From a virus (Duplodnaviria > Caudoviricetes), in the IMG/VR virus record IMGVR_UViG_3300025357_000908, positions 32,001 through 96,000 of that record: a DNA stretch of 64,000 nt; one strand, 5' to 3'. The translations under genes were made by a program, and so were the position numbers. This document shows positions 8,968 through 18,756 of the stretch, in pieces. A model generated the notes under the pieces. It saw only the letters and a program-made list of their open reading frames with translations, did not search any database and was not told the origin of the DNA. How positions within the stretch are numbered: the stretch's first letter is position 1; each line of letters starts with the position of its first letter.

Positions 8968-9678
8968 TTATTTCATTTTTTTCATTGGCTCAATTAAGTT
9001 CTTTTCCAGTAATTCTTTTTGTAAGAAATCCGAAACAATAGACTCATTTTCACCAAACATATCACCTTTATCGTTAATATAAAGGTTTATCATTGCAATA
9101 CGCTCTTGTCTACTACCAAAAATAGGGATAATAGGTGGGCAATCATCATGATTAAAGAAACGTGTTCCTGTACCTTTTTCCCACGCTTTATAAATACCTT
9201 CAAATATATGGCCTATTTCAGAACGATAAACAGGGTCAATGTCTCTGTTGGGTGCAGCGGTTAACAACACGTCGTTTTCTTTACAGAAAGGTAGATAGAA
9301 TATAACTGAATATGAACTCATAGCGTTACGAACAAGAGTTACACACTTGTTAATAAACGCTTCATCGATACCACCTAAACCCTTATCAAACAGCCAAAGT
9401 GAATACACTAAATTATCTAATGGTGTACGGTCAAATACCATTTTTTTCTTACCATAGTTTTCCATTGCTTCATCAATAAGAAAATTAAGTATTGTTTCTT
9501 GAGATTCCTTTGTAGCATCCTTATTCAAAGGAAGATTCTTTTCTTTTACTAAGTCTCTATAAGTCTTGCTTGGAGACTGAAACATTGGCCATTTTTCTTT
9601 AAAATCTGCAATAAGTGTAGATTTGCCTACACATTGTGTACCGATAATGCCAACTTTTTTAAGTTTTGAGGTGCTCAT
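8968..9678 (-). CDS. P-loop nucleotide kinase (AAA_28/NadR-Ttd14-like)
   Basis: GTQCVGKST Walker A, FDRTPLDNLVYS. Confidence 0.75.
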   Translation of the reverse strand: MSTSKLKKVGIIGTQCVGKSTLIADFKEKWPMFQSPSKTYRDLVKEKNLPLNKDATKESQETILNFLIDEAMENYGKKKMVFDRTPLDNLVYSLWLFDKGLGGIDEAFINKCVTLVRNAMSSYSVIFYLPFCKENDVLLTAAPNRDIDPVYRSEIGHIFEGIYKAWEKGTGTRFFNHDDCPPIIPIFGSRQERIAMINLYINDKGDMFGENESIVSDFLQKELLEKNLIEPMKKMK

Positions 9679-9715
9679 TTATTAGAATTTACGCTTTTTA
9701 GTGATATTAGCAACC

Positions 9716-9943
9716 TCATTCATCATCTTCAGGTGGTTGACCGGTTTCAACATCTACCCAATCAAGAACGCAATTGTCAGGTGGGTTGTAACCTATAGCT
9801 TTAACAAAAGCGTTAAACTGCTCTGTTAATTCCTGTAAGTCGGCTTGACCGTCAAATATAATTTCAATTTTACGAGGCACACTGACATTAATATCGTCAT
9901 TAGTATGCTCTAACGTATATGTGAATTTTACTTCTTGCTTCAT
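9716..9943 (-). CDS. hypothetical protein
   Basis: 75-aa ORF; FNAFVKAIGY resembles small T4-like phage proteins. Confidence 0.6.
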   Translation of the reverse strand: MKQEVKFTYTLEHTNDDINVSVPRKIEIIFDGQADLQELTEQFNAFVKAIGYNPPDNCVLDWVDVETGQPPEDDE

Positions 9944-10101
9944 ACTACCTCCTCTGCAATACCGAGTAGTTCAGCAAATATTAATAAAGCACCTGCTGAA
10001 GCCATATAGCCTATAAAAAGAGCACCACCAGCAGCAATACGAAAGATGCTTTTAATTAAGCTAATATAAAAATGAGTTTTAGGGTCTGGATTGTAGCTCA
10101 T
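9940..10101 (-). CDS. small membrane protein
   Basis: HFYISLIKSIFRI...AELLGIAEE hydrophobic; start moved to ATG 10101. Confidence 0.6.
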   Translation of the reverse strand: MSYNPDPKTHFYISLIKSIFRIAAGGALFIGYMASAGALLIFAELLGIAEEVV

Positions 10102-10105
10102 AATA

Positions 10106-10909
10106 TTATACCTTGAGTGCACGATCCCAGACCTGCAAGTGTAATCTATTAGAAAATTTAAAATTATACTTCTTGCACAGTTCAGCTACTACAGGCCCTA
10201 CTTCTAATAATTCTTTACGACTACCACAGCAAGGCATAATCCAAACCTGCTCTGAACGCAAACCAATGTCTGGGTTGTTGAGATAATTTTCTAACACTTC
10301 ATTTAAATCTGACTCTTGACGAGCTACAAACTTAAAGCAGGCGTCGTTTTCAACTAAGAAACGCAGTACTTCCGGTTTAAACCGCTTATCCGCCGGATCC
10401 CCGTTACTTGATAACTTAGGAGATGTAGTAAACGTTATAGTAACCCCTAATAAGAACCACTCTGGATCAGGCATTAGTGTTCCGTTAGTTTCAAAATCAA
10501 TATGTAATAAAGGCTTACCGATATCTTCTTTAGTAAGAGTTCTACTGTAATTAGCAAACCCCCAACGGTCTCTAATAAACTTAACAAATTCAATTAAGTT
10601 CTTTTGCTGAATGAAAGGCTCACCACCGGTAATCTTAAGTAAAGCACCCTGTCTTAAATTTTCATCATAGCCGTTCTTTTCATAGAATTGAGCTATTTCC
10701 TCAAAAGACATTTTGTTCTTTTTAGACCAGCTCACATATGAATCACATCCGAACGGTGCATCTTCACTCTTAAAACCTATACAAGTGAGATTACACATAG
10801 ACAATCTCATAAACACTGAAGGATAACCAATATAACGGCCTTCACCTTCTAATGTATAGAATACAAAGTCGTCTGATAGAAATAAAGTTTTATTAGGATC
10901 GATTGACAT
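10106..10909 (-). CDS. queE: 7-carboxy-7-deazaguanine synthase (radical SAM)
   Basis: TLEGEG...PSVFMRLSMCNLTC...CDS, ITGGEP, ETNG, SPKL, RLHLQVW. Confidence 0.95.
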   Translation of the reverse strand: MSIDPNKTLFLSDDFVFYTLEGEGRYIGYPSVFMRLSMCNLTCIGFKSEDAPFGCDSYVSWSKKNKMSFEEIAQFYEKNGYDENLRQGALLKITGGEPFIQQKNLIEFVKFIRDRWGFANYSRTLTKEDIGKPLLHIDFETNGTLMPDPEWFLLGVTITFTTSPKLSSNGDPADKRFKPEVLRFLVENDACFKFVARQESDLNEVLENYLNNPDIGLRSEQVWIMPCCGSRKELLEVGPVVAELCKKYNFKFSNRLHLQVWDRALKV

Positions 10910-10930
10910 ACGTTATTATATTATATAAGA

Positions 10931-11395
10931 TTAGCTTTTCCACTCACCGTCATGAATAGTTTCAAATATAGCACTATTGCCTTCATGCTCCCATACTTCT
11001 ACTTTAGAGCACCAACAACGACCTAAAGTTAGGTCGTCTACAAATTCATTTGCTGCTTTATGACAATATTCAGCAAACTTCTCAATACCAACACCATCTG
11101 GCATTATACGTAAATCTATAATTTCTTTCTTATTGAGTAATTGGAATGTCTGCAATTCAGGGTCTTTTTCCCACACAACAGTGGTATGATCAAACTGTTC
11201 CTCTAATGCTGTTTTTAATTGTTTGAGAGCGCCAAAATCCACTACCCAATTATTATCATCTAATTTATTACACTCAAACCAGAACTTGGCTTGTAACCTG
11301 TAACCATGAATAAAATGACAGTGACTATTTGCAAAAGGTTGACGGAATGCACACGAACCTAATGGTATAACTTTAGTAGAAGTGTATTTTGACAT
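10931..11395 (-). CDS. queD: 6-carboxy-5,6,7,8-tetrahydropterin synthase
   Basis: HCHFIHGY, VVDFG, FDHT, VEVWEH. Confidence 0.92.
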   Translation of the reverse strand: MSKYTSTKVIPLGSCAFRQPFANSHCHFIHGYRLQAKFWFECNKLDDNNWVVDFGALKQLKTALEEQFDHTTVVWEKDPELQTFQLLNKKEIIDLRIMPDGVGIEKFAEYCHKAANEFVDDLTLGRCWCSKVEVWEHEGNSAIFETIHDGEWKS

Positions 11396-11421
11396 AACTT
11401 CATATTATAATAAAAAAACTA

Positions 11422-11775
11422 TTAATCAAGCTTTTCTAAATGATTTTGTACCCATTTTAAAAGAATCTCTTCGCTTATATCATCAGGAGCACACATCATT
11501 GCATTATTATCTGCATCGTTAGTATCAAACAGACTTCTTTGTAATGTGCGTTTTTCTTCTTTTTCATCAATTCTAAAATAAATAAAAGCTCTTTTATCTT
11601 TAATAACAGACTTGCCCGCTAACACAAAATACATACAATTTACCTTACACCATGTACCAAGTTCGTAATATTGCAATAAGTTTATGAAATCATTACGGTT
11701 TTTATCTGTTTTAAAATAGATAAAAATTGGTAAGTCAGTACTACTGTATGTTTTATCGCGATACTTTATATACAC
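11422..11775 (-). CDS. hypothetical protein
   Basis: 117-aa ORF; TAAATA on the minus strand at 11788-11793. Confidence 0.55.
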   Translation of the reverse strand: MYIKYRDKTYSSTDLPIFIYFKTDKNRNDFINLLQYYELGTWCKVNCMYFVLAGKSVIKDKRAFIYFRIDEKEEKRTLQRSLFDTNDADNNAMMCAPDDISEEILLKWVQNHLEKLD

Positions 11776-11794
11776 TTTATTATGGCATATTTAT

Positions 11795-11802
11795 TATAAA
11801 TA
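11795..11802 (+). promoter_or_regulatory. T4-type late promoter TATAAATA
   Basis: Exact T4 gp55 consensus 6 nt before the lysozyme ATG; gp55 is encoded in the window. Confidence 0.7.
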
Positions 11803-11808
11803 TAACTA

Positions 11809-12423
11809 ATGCAATCGGTAAAGCATAATAACCAAATAAATATAAAAGAAGCCATGGATGTACCTCCACCCCCACCTACCATCCATTTTAATGAACCCAC
11901 CGCAATTGTACACAAAGTAAACAAACCGGCTGCTGACTTTAAGTCTTTTTATCAGGCAAGCTTTATGCCAACACCTGATTTTATTAATTATATTAAAAGT
12001 GTTGAAAACAGTACACATACCGGGTTTAAGCACGGTTTATGGCATCCGCATAAAAGTGTAGAGGGTGGGACGGATACTATTGCATATGGTCACAAATTAC
12101 ATGCTGGTGATAATTTCAGTAAAGGGCTTGCAGACGAAGAAGCAACTAAGCTTTTAATTAAAGATATAATGAAAGCTTCAGAAACAGCTAAACATATTGT
12201 TAACAAAACTTATGGTGCTGGTGTCTTTGAAAATTTACCTAATAAGAGCAAAGAGATGTTAATAGATTTTGCGTTTAACGGAGTTATCAATAAGTTTCCG
12301 CAGTTTATAGACGGGGTAATTAATAATGACACCGAAACAATGATGGCACAATACAAGCGCCACTCTAACGGTAAGGAATTAACCGGCCGCAATCATGCTT
12401 TCGCTAACCGGTACTTTAATTAA
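11809..12423 (+). CDS. phage lysozyme (GH24-like) with N-terminal extension
   Basis: IKSVEN...EGGTDTIAYGHKL...EEATKLLIKDI...LIDFAFNG. Confidence 0.8.
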   Translation: MQSVKHNNQINIKEAMDVPPPPPTIHFNEPTAIVHKVNKPAADFKSFYQASFMPTPDFINYIKSVENSTHTGFKHGLWHPHKSVEGGTDTIAYGHKLHAGDNFSKGLADEEATKLLIKDIMKASETAKHIVNKTYGAGVFENLPNKSKEMLIDFAFNGVINKFPQFIDGVINNDTETMMAQYKRHSNGKELTGRNHAFANRYFN

Positions 12424-12761
12424 AGTCCTTCTACGATCTGCTTAATACGGTCCGCTACTTGATCAGCGTTATCCTTAGTAACGTGTGTCTCAAATATAGA
12501 CTTATCTTGTTCACTGATTGTTGAAGAATCTACCGCTAATGCCTTAAGAGCAAGCTCTACTAAAAACACTTTACCCTCTGGTGTCATTGGTTGGGCTTCT
12601 TGCTGCTCCGGAGTAGCAGGGGCCTGTGCTTGAGCAGGAGCAGGAGCAGCTGCCACGTTTTGATCTCCCTGCTGACCACCTGTTTGATCTAAGCCAGGTT
12701 GCTGATCGGCTTCTAAAAGATTAAAATAAAATTCGTTTAATTTTTGATTAAATTTGCTCAT
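12420..12761 (-). CDS. hypothetical late protein (putative internal head protein)
   Basis: MSKFNQKLNE...LLEAD followed by a Q/A/P linker. Confidence 0.5.
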   Translation of the reverse strand: MSKFNQKLNEFYFNLLEADQQPGLDQTGGQQGDQNVAAAPAPAQAQAPATPEQQEAQPMTPEGKVFLVELALKALAVDSSTISEQDKSIFETHVTKDNADQVADRIKQIVEGL

Positions 12762-13135
12762 GGTTGTTTCATTATTGCTTGAGCTTGTTGTAACTTTGCA
12801 TTAGCTGCAGCAAGTGCAGCCGTAGCAGCAGCTTTTTGTGCTGGGTCTTGTGTATTAGCTTGACTCTTAAGTTGGCCCATTTGACTGTTAATTGAATTAA
12901 TATCTTGTTGAGCTTGTACTTTTTGTTTTTTCTTTAAATCAGCCGTATCTTTGTTAACCTTGTCTTGTGCTTGTGCTAAAGCTGGGTTTGGAGCAGAAGT
13001 TGGTGCAACCGGCGCGGTACCAGCTAATGCTCCAGGATTTGCTCCATCTTCAGTTGCAAGACCGCTTTTATTAAATTTTGCTACAACAGCTAAAAATTTA
13101 CTTTTAGTTTTAAACTTCTCGTATAACGTTTCCAT
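12758..13135 (-). CDS. hypothetical Ala/Gln-rich late protein
   Basis: TAAGTA at 13142-13147, 6 nt before the ATG. Confidence 0.5.
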   Translation of the reverse strand: METLYEKFKTKSKFLAVVAKFNKSGLATEDGANPGALAGTAPVAPTSAPNPALAQAQDKVNKDTADLKKKQKVQAQQDINSINSQMGQLKSQANTQDPAQKAAATAALAAANAKLQQAQAIMKQP

Positions 13136-13350
13136 TATTATTACTTACTGACTTACAACAAAAATAAAGAACTATAGTTGATTTTTCGTGGATTCATTTA
13201 ATATAATACCGAGGAGAGAAAAGACAGGGCATGTATAGATAGTAATCTATACGTTATGTTTGATATAAGGTTTTTTCTTGTTTATTTTTTAATAGGCTCG
13301 CTGCGCTCGCCTGATATATCATATATAATTATATATCTCCCGGAAACTTG

Positions 13351-13833
13351 CTACTTGTATTGGTTTAGAAAATCCGGGTTTATTTTGCGTTTTTTAAGGT
13401 ATGTTACTAATTTCCGGTGGGAGTATTTGTTATGATCGAAATTAAAGCGGTAATTAGTTATACTGTTAATTACTTCAGTAGATTCCCCGGATTTGCTGTA
13501 TATACAATCATAGTCTATTGCATTGGTATGTACTATTAGATTTAATGCATTCGCTACGCTTTTAAAGTTAGATTTAATGTCTTTGTATGTATCTAACTTT
13601 TCGTTAATATAAAATATAATATTTTTTTTATGCTCTTTAAATTTTACCTGTATCTCAAGTACATGTTGTAATATATAATAAACTAACAGTCTGCTTGCAT
13701 CTTTTTTAGGTAAATCGTCAGCAAACACCCGAAACTCACTTCTCAACTTTGTTAGATAGCTGTTTTGTATATCTTCAGCTACACTTTCAAAGTCTACTAC
13801 TATCAAGTGAAGATCTGTCTGGTAATAACGCAT
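13351..13833 (-). CDS. hypothetical protein
   Basis: 160-aa ORF overlapping the end of the upstream gene. Confidence 0.55.
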   Translation of the reverse strand: MRYYQTDLHLIVVDFESVAEDIQNSYLTKLRSEFRVFADDLPKKDASRLLVYYILQHVLEIQVKFKEHKKNIIFYINEKLDTYKDIKSNFKSVANALNLIVHTNAIDYDCIYSKSGESTEVINSITNYRFNFDHNKYSHRKLVTYLKKRKINPDFLNQYK

Positions 13834-14284
13834 TACTGTTTATAGTAGTGCCAATTTCTTGTTGTGCAAGCTTTTTTAATAGTGCATCCGGTGCTCTACC
13901 TATACGACAGTTAATAATACCGTTGTAAAACCCTTCTTTTAATAATACATTATTATCGAACTGTATTTTAGCTTCATAGTATGCTAACTCAAACTTACTA
14001 TCACAAAAGCGTAGTATTTCAAATTTAAATTTGTCTTTACCGAGTGTTTCAATATCTTTATTAACATCATTTGACGATGATGTGTAGGTTTTCCAGTCGG
14101 TCTCTATATCAAAGTGTCTTTTGTTTTTTCTTCCTTTGAGAGGTTTGAGTTTTTTGACGCTTTTAATTTGTTTTTTTCCAAAATATACCCGACCGTTAAC
14201 GGTGTTAGTAATGCGGTATATAAAACCGTAAGGTAGATTATTGCTATCAAAACTCTCATTAGTAGTCCAATGCCCTAAGTCCAT
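13787..14284 (-). CDS. GIY-YIG-like endonuclease
   Basis: GFIYRITN...YFGKK...DWKTYTSS...FKFEIL...YYE...FYN. Confidence 0.75.
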   Translation of the reverse strand: MDLGHWTTNESFDSNNLPYGFIYRITNTVNGRVYFGKKQIKSVKKLKPLKGRKNKRHFDIETDWKTYTSSSNDVNKDIETLGKDKFKFEILRFCDSKFELAYYEAKIQFDNNVLLKEGFYNGIINCRIGRAPDALLKKLAQQEIGTTINSNALLPDRSSLDSSRL

Positions 14285-14297
14285 TTAAGTTGACTTA

Positions 14298-14570
14298 TTA
14301 CAAACCTGGCGGAGTTCTACGGATGACCTTAAACTTGGATTTAAAGCCTGGATTGTTTTTAGGGGCTTTAAATTTAGATTTTCTCTTTTTAGGTGCTTGA
14401 TTACCCCAAATATTACGTGCATCTCCGGGGGCATAAAAATCACCCGACTGACCGGTATTTGCTGGATGAGCTTGCCCGGAACCGAAAGCTGTACCGGTAG
14501 TAACACCTGCACCAGCAGCTGCTCCCATATCTTCTAAAATTTCTTGTATCTTTTTATTAAATTTTTTCAC
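14298..14570 (-). CDS. small late protein (putative internal head protein)
   Basis: GTG start, MKKFNKKIQEILED, Gly-rich middle, basic tail. Confidence 0.5.
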   Translation of the reverse strand: MKKFNKKIQEILEDMGAAAGAGVTTGTAFGSGQAHPANTGQSGDFYAPGDARNIWGNQAPKKRKSKFKAPKNNPGFKSKFKVIRRTPPGL

Positions 14571-14613
14571 GGTTGATTATATTAAGAATTATAATATACT
14601 TATGTTGTTTATT

Positions 14614-15015
14614 ATGGACTTACCTGATTTAGATACACTATTTAATAATTACCAAACTGAAATCGTTCAGGATATACAGGTAGATGAACTATCCCTTAAG
14701 GATAAAGCAATGCTTGTACCTACTATTAAACATAAATGGGTAGCTCGAATGATGCAACACAAAGCACAACTACGTAAGTTCCAAGCAAAGAAAAAAGAAC
14801 TTATTAAGAACACCGCAAATGCGAGTCCTGTTTCAATGAGTAAAACTGCCTTAGAACAACTTTCTCAAAATAACCCAAATATAGTACAGTTAACCGAGTA
14901 TATTGAAAAATTAGAAGGTATTATTGAATACCTTGAAAAAGTAGAAAAGCTAACCAGCTCGTTAACATACGATTGTAAGAACGTAATTGATCTACAAAAG
15001 CTTGAAACAACCTAA
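14614..15015 (+). CDS. uvsY: recombination mediator UvsY-like
   Basis: DIQVDELSL...PTIKHKW helical protein directly upstream of uvsW; promoter TTGATT-N16-TATACT (14573-14600) favours ATG 14614 over 14602. Confidence 0.7.
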   Translation: MDLPDLDTLFNNYQTEIVQDIQVDELSLKDKAMLVPTIKHKWVARMMQHKAQLRKFQAKKKELIKNTANASPVSMSKTALEQLSQNNPNIVQLTEYIEKLEGIIEYLEKVEKLTSSLTYDCKNVIDLQKLETT

Positions 15016-16466
15016 TGGTAGTAGAATTTCAATACGACCCTAAGCGTAAAGAAGTAAAGATTGTTTCGGAATACCTTAACAATATTAAAGAACGTTTTAG
15101 TGTAAAAAATCCGGGCGCTCGTTTTAATCGTTATCAGAGATTTTTACCTCAGCGTACCTATGCTATAACTAATGCTGGTTATTGTGGTATAGGTTTGGTT
15201 CCAGAGATTATAGATTATCTTAACTCTCAAACTATACCTTTTGAAATAAAAGCTAATCAAGAGTATAAAGATGTATTACAACAAACACATATTCTTGTAC
15301 CTGGATCGCATAAAATATTAGAGAGTGAATTTAAGCTTAGAGATTACCAAGAAGCTGCTGTTAATAAGGCTTTAGAAAAGGGTCATGGAGTTGTAGAGTT
15401 AGCCACAGGTGGTGGAAAGACATTAATTATAGCTAATTTAGTTTATGCAGCGCTGCACAGTATCAAACTTACTGAAAAAGTATTGATTGTGGTGCCAGAC
15501 TTAGGCTTAGTAGCTCAAACATATAAAGACTTTACTTCATATAATTTTCCTATGGAAATAGTGAGTAAATGGACAGGCGATACTGAGTTAGATCCTAATG
15601 CCCGGGTTATTATAGCTAATATGGGTATATTACAAAGTAAATCTTCAGATATAACTTGGTTTAACAAAGTTGGTTTGTTAGTTGTAGATGAATGTCATAA
15701 ATTGCGTAGAGGTAACAAAGTATGTAAACTTATAGATAAAATACCTACTTTAAGGCGTATTGGTTTTACCGGTACATTACCAGAGAACGACATCGATAAA
15801 TGGAATATTAATAATTTTATCGGGCCTGTAATATTTAAAAAGACTACTACCGAGTTAAGAGAAGCAGCTGGTGGGGAATATATTGCTAATGCTCAAGCTC
15901 TATCACTACATATAGAATATGCAATGAAGCCTGATTATACCGCAGTATCTGCATCTCAGCGCTATTTGGTAGAGTTAGACTTTATACATACAAATAAATT
16001 TCGTAATGAGGTTATTAAGAGTATTATTAGTAAACTAAATAATAACAGCCTTATACTTGTGGATCACATAGCACACGGTGAAAACTTATATAATACTCTA
16101 TCTACCTTAGCCGGTAAACAAGTATACTTTATACAAGGCAGTGTTGAAGTTGAAGACCGTAAAAAAGTACAAGAACTAATGGAACAACATAACAATGTTG
16201 TATGTGTTGCTATAAGTAAGATTTTTTCTACTGGAATTTCTATAAAAAACATACATTATATAGTGTTTGCTGCAGGCGGTAAGTCAAAGATCAAAACTTT
16301 ACAGTCTATTGGTCGTGGTCTACGCGTTCATGAAAATAAAGATATTCTTACTATCATTGACGTTGTGGATGAGCTTATCTATGGTGGTAAACATTACGAA
16401 AAACGAAAAGAATTTTATGCCCTTGAACAAATCAAAATTACCGAAAAAACAATTACCGAAAGCTGA
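15015..16466 (+). CDS. uvsW: UvsW-like SF2 DNA helicase
   Basis: LRDYQ, ATGGGKT, DECH, GFTGT, STGISI, QSIGRGLR. Confidence 0.92.
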   Translation: MVVEFQYDPKRKEVKIVSEYLNNIKERFSVKNPGARFNRYQRFLPQRTYAITNAGYCGIGLVPEIIDYLNSQTIPFEIKANQEYKDVLQQTHILVPGSHKILESEFKLRDYQEAAVNKALEKGHGVVELATGGGKTLIIANLVYAALHSIKLTEKVLIVVPDLGLVAQTYKDFTSYNFPMEIVSKWTGDTELDPNARVIIANMGILQSKSSDITWFNKVGLLVVDECHKLRRGNKVCKLIDKIPTLRRIGFTGTLPENDIDKWNINNFIGPVIFKKTTTELREAAGGEYIANAQALSLHIEYAMKPDYTAVSASQRYLVELDFIHTNKFRNEVIKSIISKLNNNSLILVDHIAHGENLYNTLSTLAGKQVYFIQGSVEVEDRKKVQELMEQHNNVVCVAISKIFSTGISIKNIHYIVFAAGGKSKIKTLQSIGRGLRVHENKDILTIIDVVDELIYGGKHYEKRKEFYALEQIKITEKTITES

Positions 16467-16917
16467 AAGCCCACCTAAGGTTAAAAAACCTTTAAGTGAG
16501 TCAGCTAAAGCTAAAAAAGTATATTATGTGAGCCCAGCTGAATTTACAGCTGAGTTACGCAAATACTATGAAACAGACATTATTACTGATGACTTAGCAA
16601 TGATGATTAAAAACATTGCTTATGGCCTCGCACATGCCTCGAATTTCATTAATTATACATTTAAAGAGGATGCTATCGGTGATTCATTAATAAACATGTT
16701 TAATGCATTGAAAGATAAAAAATACAACTTTGACAAGGGTAGTAATCCATTTTCGTATTTTAACTCAATTTCTTTCAACTGTTGGCGTAGCCGTATAAAA
16801 AAAGAAAAACGTATGAGAGATACATTAGCAGCATATCAAGAAGAAGTATACAGCATTATTGGACCTCAAGTAGGTGTTGATGATCCTGTTAACCCTAACA
16901 ACAAACATGCAGATTAA
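16417..16917 (+). CDS. late-transcription sigma factor (gp55-like)
   Basis: YYVS...IAYGLAHASNFINYT...NPFSYF...RIKKEKR; start moved to ATG 16417. Confidence 0.88.
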   Translation: MPLNKSKLPKKQLPKAESPPKVKKPLSESAKAKKVYYVSPAEFTAELRKYYETDIITDDLAMMIKNIAYGLAHASNFINYTFKEDAIGDSLINMFNALKDKKYNFDKGSNPFSYFNSISFNCWRSRIKKEKRMRDTLAAYQEEVYSIIGPQVGVDDPVNPNNKHAD

Positions 16918-17962
16918 TAGTCCAAGAGTAGGTATTTTTTCAGACCCTCATTATGGTGTGCACCGTAATAGTGAAACGTGGCACAAGATTGCTTTAGAGC
17001 ATGCAAGGTGGGCGTCGGAACAATTCAAACAACAGGGCATAAAAGATATAATAATACCAGGAGATATATTTCATGATCGTAATGACATTGCTGTTAACAC
17101 TCTTCATGTGGCTACTGACATTTTTGATATATTGCGTGATTTTAACAACATTGTTACTGTGGGCAACCACGATGCTTATTACCGTGACAATTCTACCGTT
17201 AATTCCGTATCCATACTTCGCGGTTGGAGTAATATTACTGTTGTTGATAAGCTTGCGATCGAAACACTCCAAGGAAAGAAAATAGCTTTTTGTCCATGGG
17301 GTCAGGATATTAATGAAGTACCTAAGTGCGATTTAATTATAGGTCATTTTGAGGTTAATAGTTTCAAGATGAACTCTTATAAAGTATGTACTAATGGGCT
17401 TAAAGCTTCAGATTTAACAGATAGAGCTCCTTTAACTATTACAGGGCATTTCCATCATAGAGAGGAACGCAAATACAAGGATGGTACGATTCTTTATGTG
17501 GGTTGTCCTTATCAGCAGGATTGGGGTGATTATGGTACTACCAAAGGTTTGTATATTTTAGACTTAAAAGACTTAAGTTATGAGTTTATTGTTAACAATG
17601 TATCACCTCGTTATAACAAGATTAAATATTCTGAAATAGCTAATGGTGTATACACAGCTGAATCACTAAAAGGATTTATACGTAACAATATAGTAAAGTT
17701 TTATATAGATAAACAACTTACACCTGAAGTAGTAGATAACATTGTCAGAAAGATTGCTTCAATTAAACCTGTTGAACTTACTTTAGAGTATGATTATTCA
17801 GAACTATCTAAACTTAATGTAGAAGAAGCTAATACTAAGGATTTTAGTATAAGTGTTGAAAACTCTATATCGGAATTTATTGATTTATTAGATGTTAATC
17901 ATAAAGATAAGGTAAAGAGTTACGTAACTGATTTATACCATAGAGCACTAACAATAACATGA
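16907..17962 (+). CDS. recombination nuclease gp47 (Mre11/SbcD-like)
   Basis: SDPHYG, GDIFHDR, GNHD, GHF, GHFH metallophosphoesterase motifs. Confidence 0.92.
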   Translation: MQINSPRVGIFSDPHYGVHRNSETWHKIALEHARWASEQFKQQGIKDIIIPGDIFHDRNDIAVNTLHVATDIFDILRDFNNIVTVGNHDAYYRDNSTVNSVSILRGWSNITVVDKLAIETLQGKKIAFCPWGQDINEVPKCDLIIGHFEVNSFKMNSYKVCTNGLKASDLTDRAPLTITGHFHHREERKYKDGTILYVGCPYQQDWGDYGTTKGLYILDLKDLSYEFIVNNVSPRYNKIKYSEIANGVYTAESLKGFIRNNIVKFYIDKQLTPEVVDNIVRKIASIKPVELTLEYDYSELSKLNVEEANTKDFSISVENSISEFIDLLDVNHKDKVKSYVTDLYHRALTIT

Positions 17963-18756
17963 AAATAGGAGTAGCAGTAATAGCGTGCGATAGACTGGAA
18001 TACACTAAACAGTGTGTTGCAAGTGTACTCGCAAATAAAGGTCCATTGACTGATATTATTTTAATTAACGATGGTGTTAAGATACCAGACGGGGAATTAC
18101 CTGAAGGAATTGAAATAATGAACAATAGACCCCCTTATCAGTCTGTCGGTAAGGCTAAAAATAGAGCTATGCAGGTATTAGTAAATAGAGATTGTGATCA
18201 TATATTTCTTATTGAAAATGATATTATAGTTCAAACACCAGACGTATGGCAAAAATATATTGATGTTGCTAAGACTACCGGTGTAAAGCATTTAAATTTC
18301 GGTTATCATGGCCCAGCTAATAGAACACCGGATTATAAGAAACCGAATCCCAGATACGTTGTAGAGTATCCAGACGGTATTAAATTAGCACTTAATTTAC
18401 ATTGCGTTGGTGCGTTTTCATATTTTAATAAAGCATTTATGAAAGACGTTGGTTACCATGACACTTTCTTCAAAAATGCATGGGAGCATGTAGAGTTATG
18501 TCAAAGAGCTATTGCTAAAAATTATTTACCTGCTTTTTGGTGGTTTCCTGATGTAGAAGGTAGTGATGAAATGCTTAAAGAAATACCCGGCTCTATACAA
18601 AATAGCTCTATTACTCATACCGAGAAATGGACAGAAAATATGCACAAAGGTGCAGAACATTATAGAAAAATACATGGTGTTTCAGCTGTAGAAAACCCAG
18701 ATACTGATATAAAAATTGTGTTACAACGTTTAAAAGAAATATACAAATGCAAGTAA
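17959..18756 (+). CDS. GT2-like glycosyltransferase
   Basis: IILINDG, GKAKNRA, FLIENDI, AWEHVE. Confidence 0.8.
   Translation: MKIGVAVIACDRLEYTKQCVASVLANKGPLTDIILINDGVKIPDGELPEGIEIMNNRPPYQSVGKAKNRAMQVLVNRDCDHIFLIENDIIVQTPDVWQKYIDVAKTTGVKHLNFGYHGPANRTPDYKKPNPRYVVEYPDGIKLALNLHCVGAFSYFNKAFMKDVGYHDTFFKNAWEHVELCQRAIAKNYLPAFWWFPDVEGSDEMLKEIPGSIQNSSITHTEKWTENMHKGAEHYRKIHGVSAVENPDTDIKIVLQRLKEIYKCK

Noticed and set aside
13295-13311. Resemblance of CTCGCTGCGCTCG to ColE1/pUC origin-region sequence (vector contamination)
   Set aside because: The match is only about 13 nt and the flanks are phage-like AT-rich DNA
16267-16416. N-terminal 50 codons of the gp55 ORF as called
   Set aside because: TTG start deep inside uvsW; ATG 16417 gives a more plausible protein
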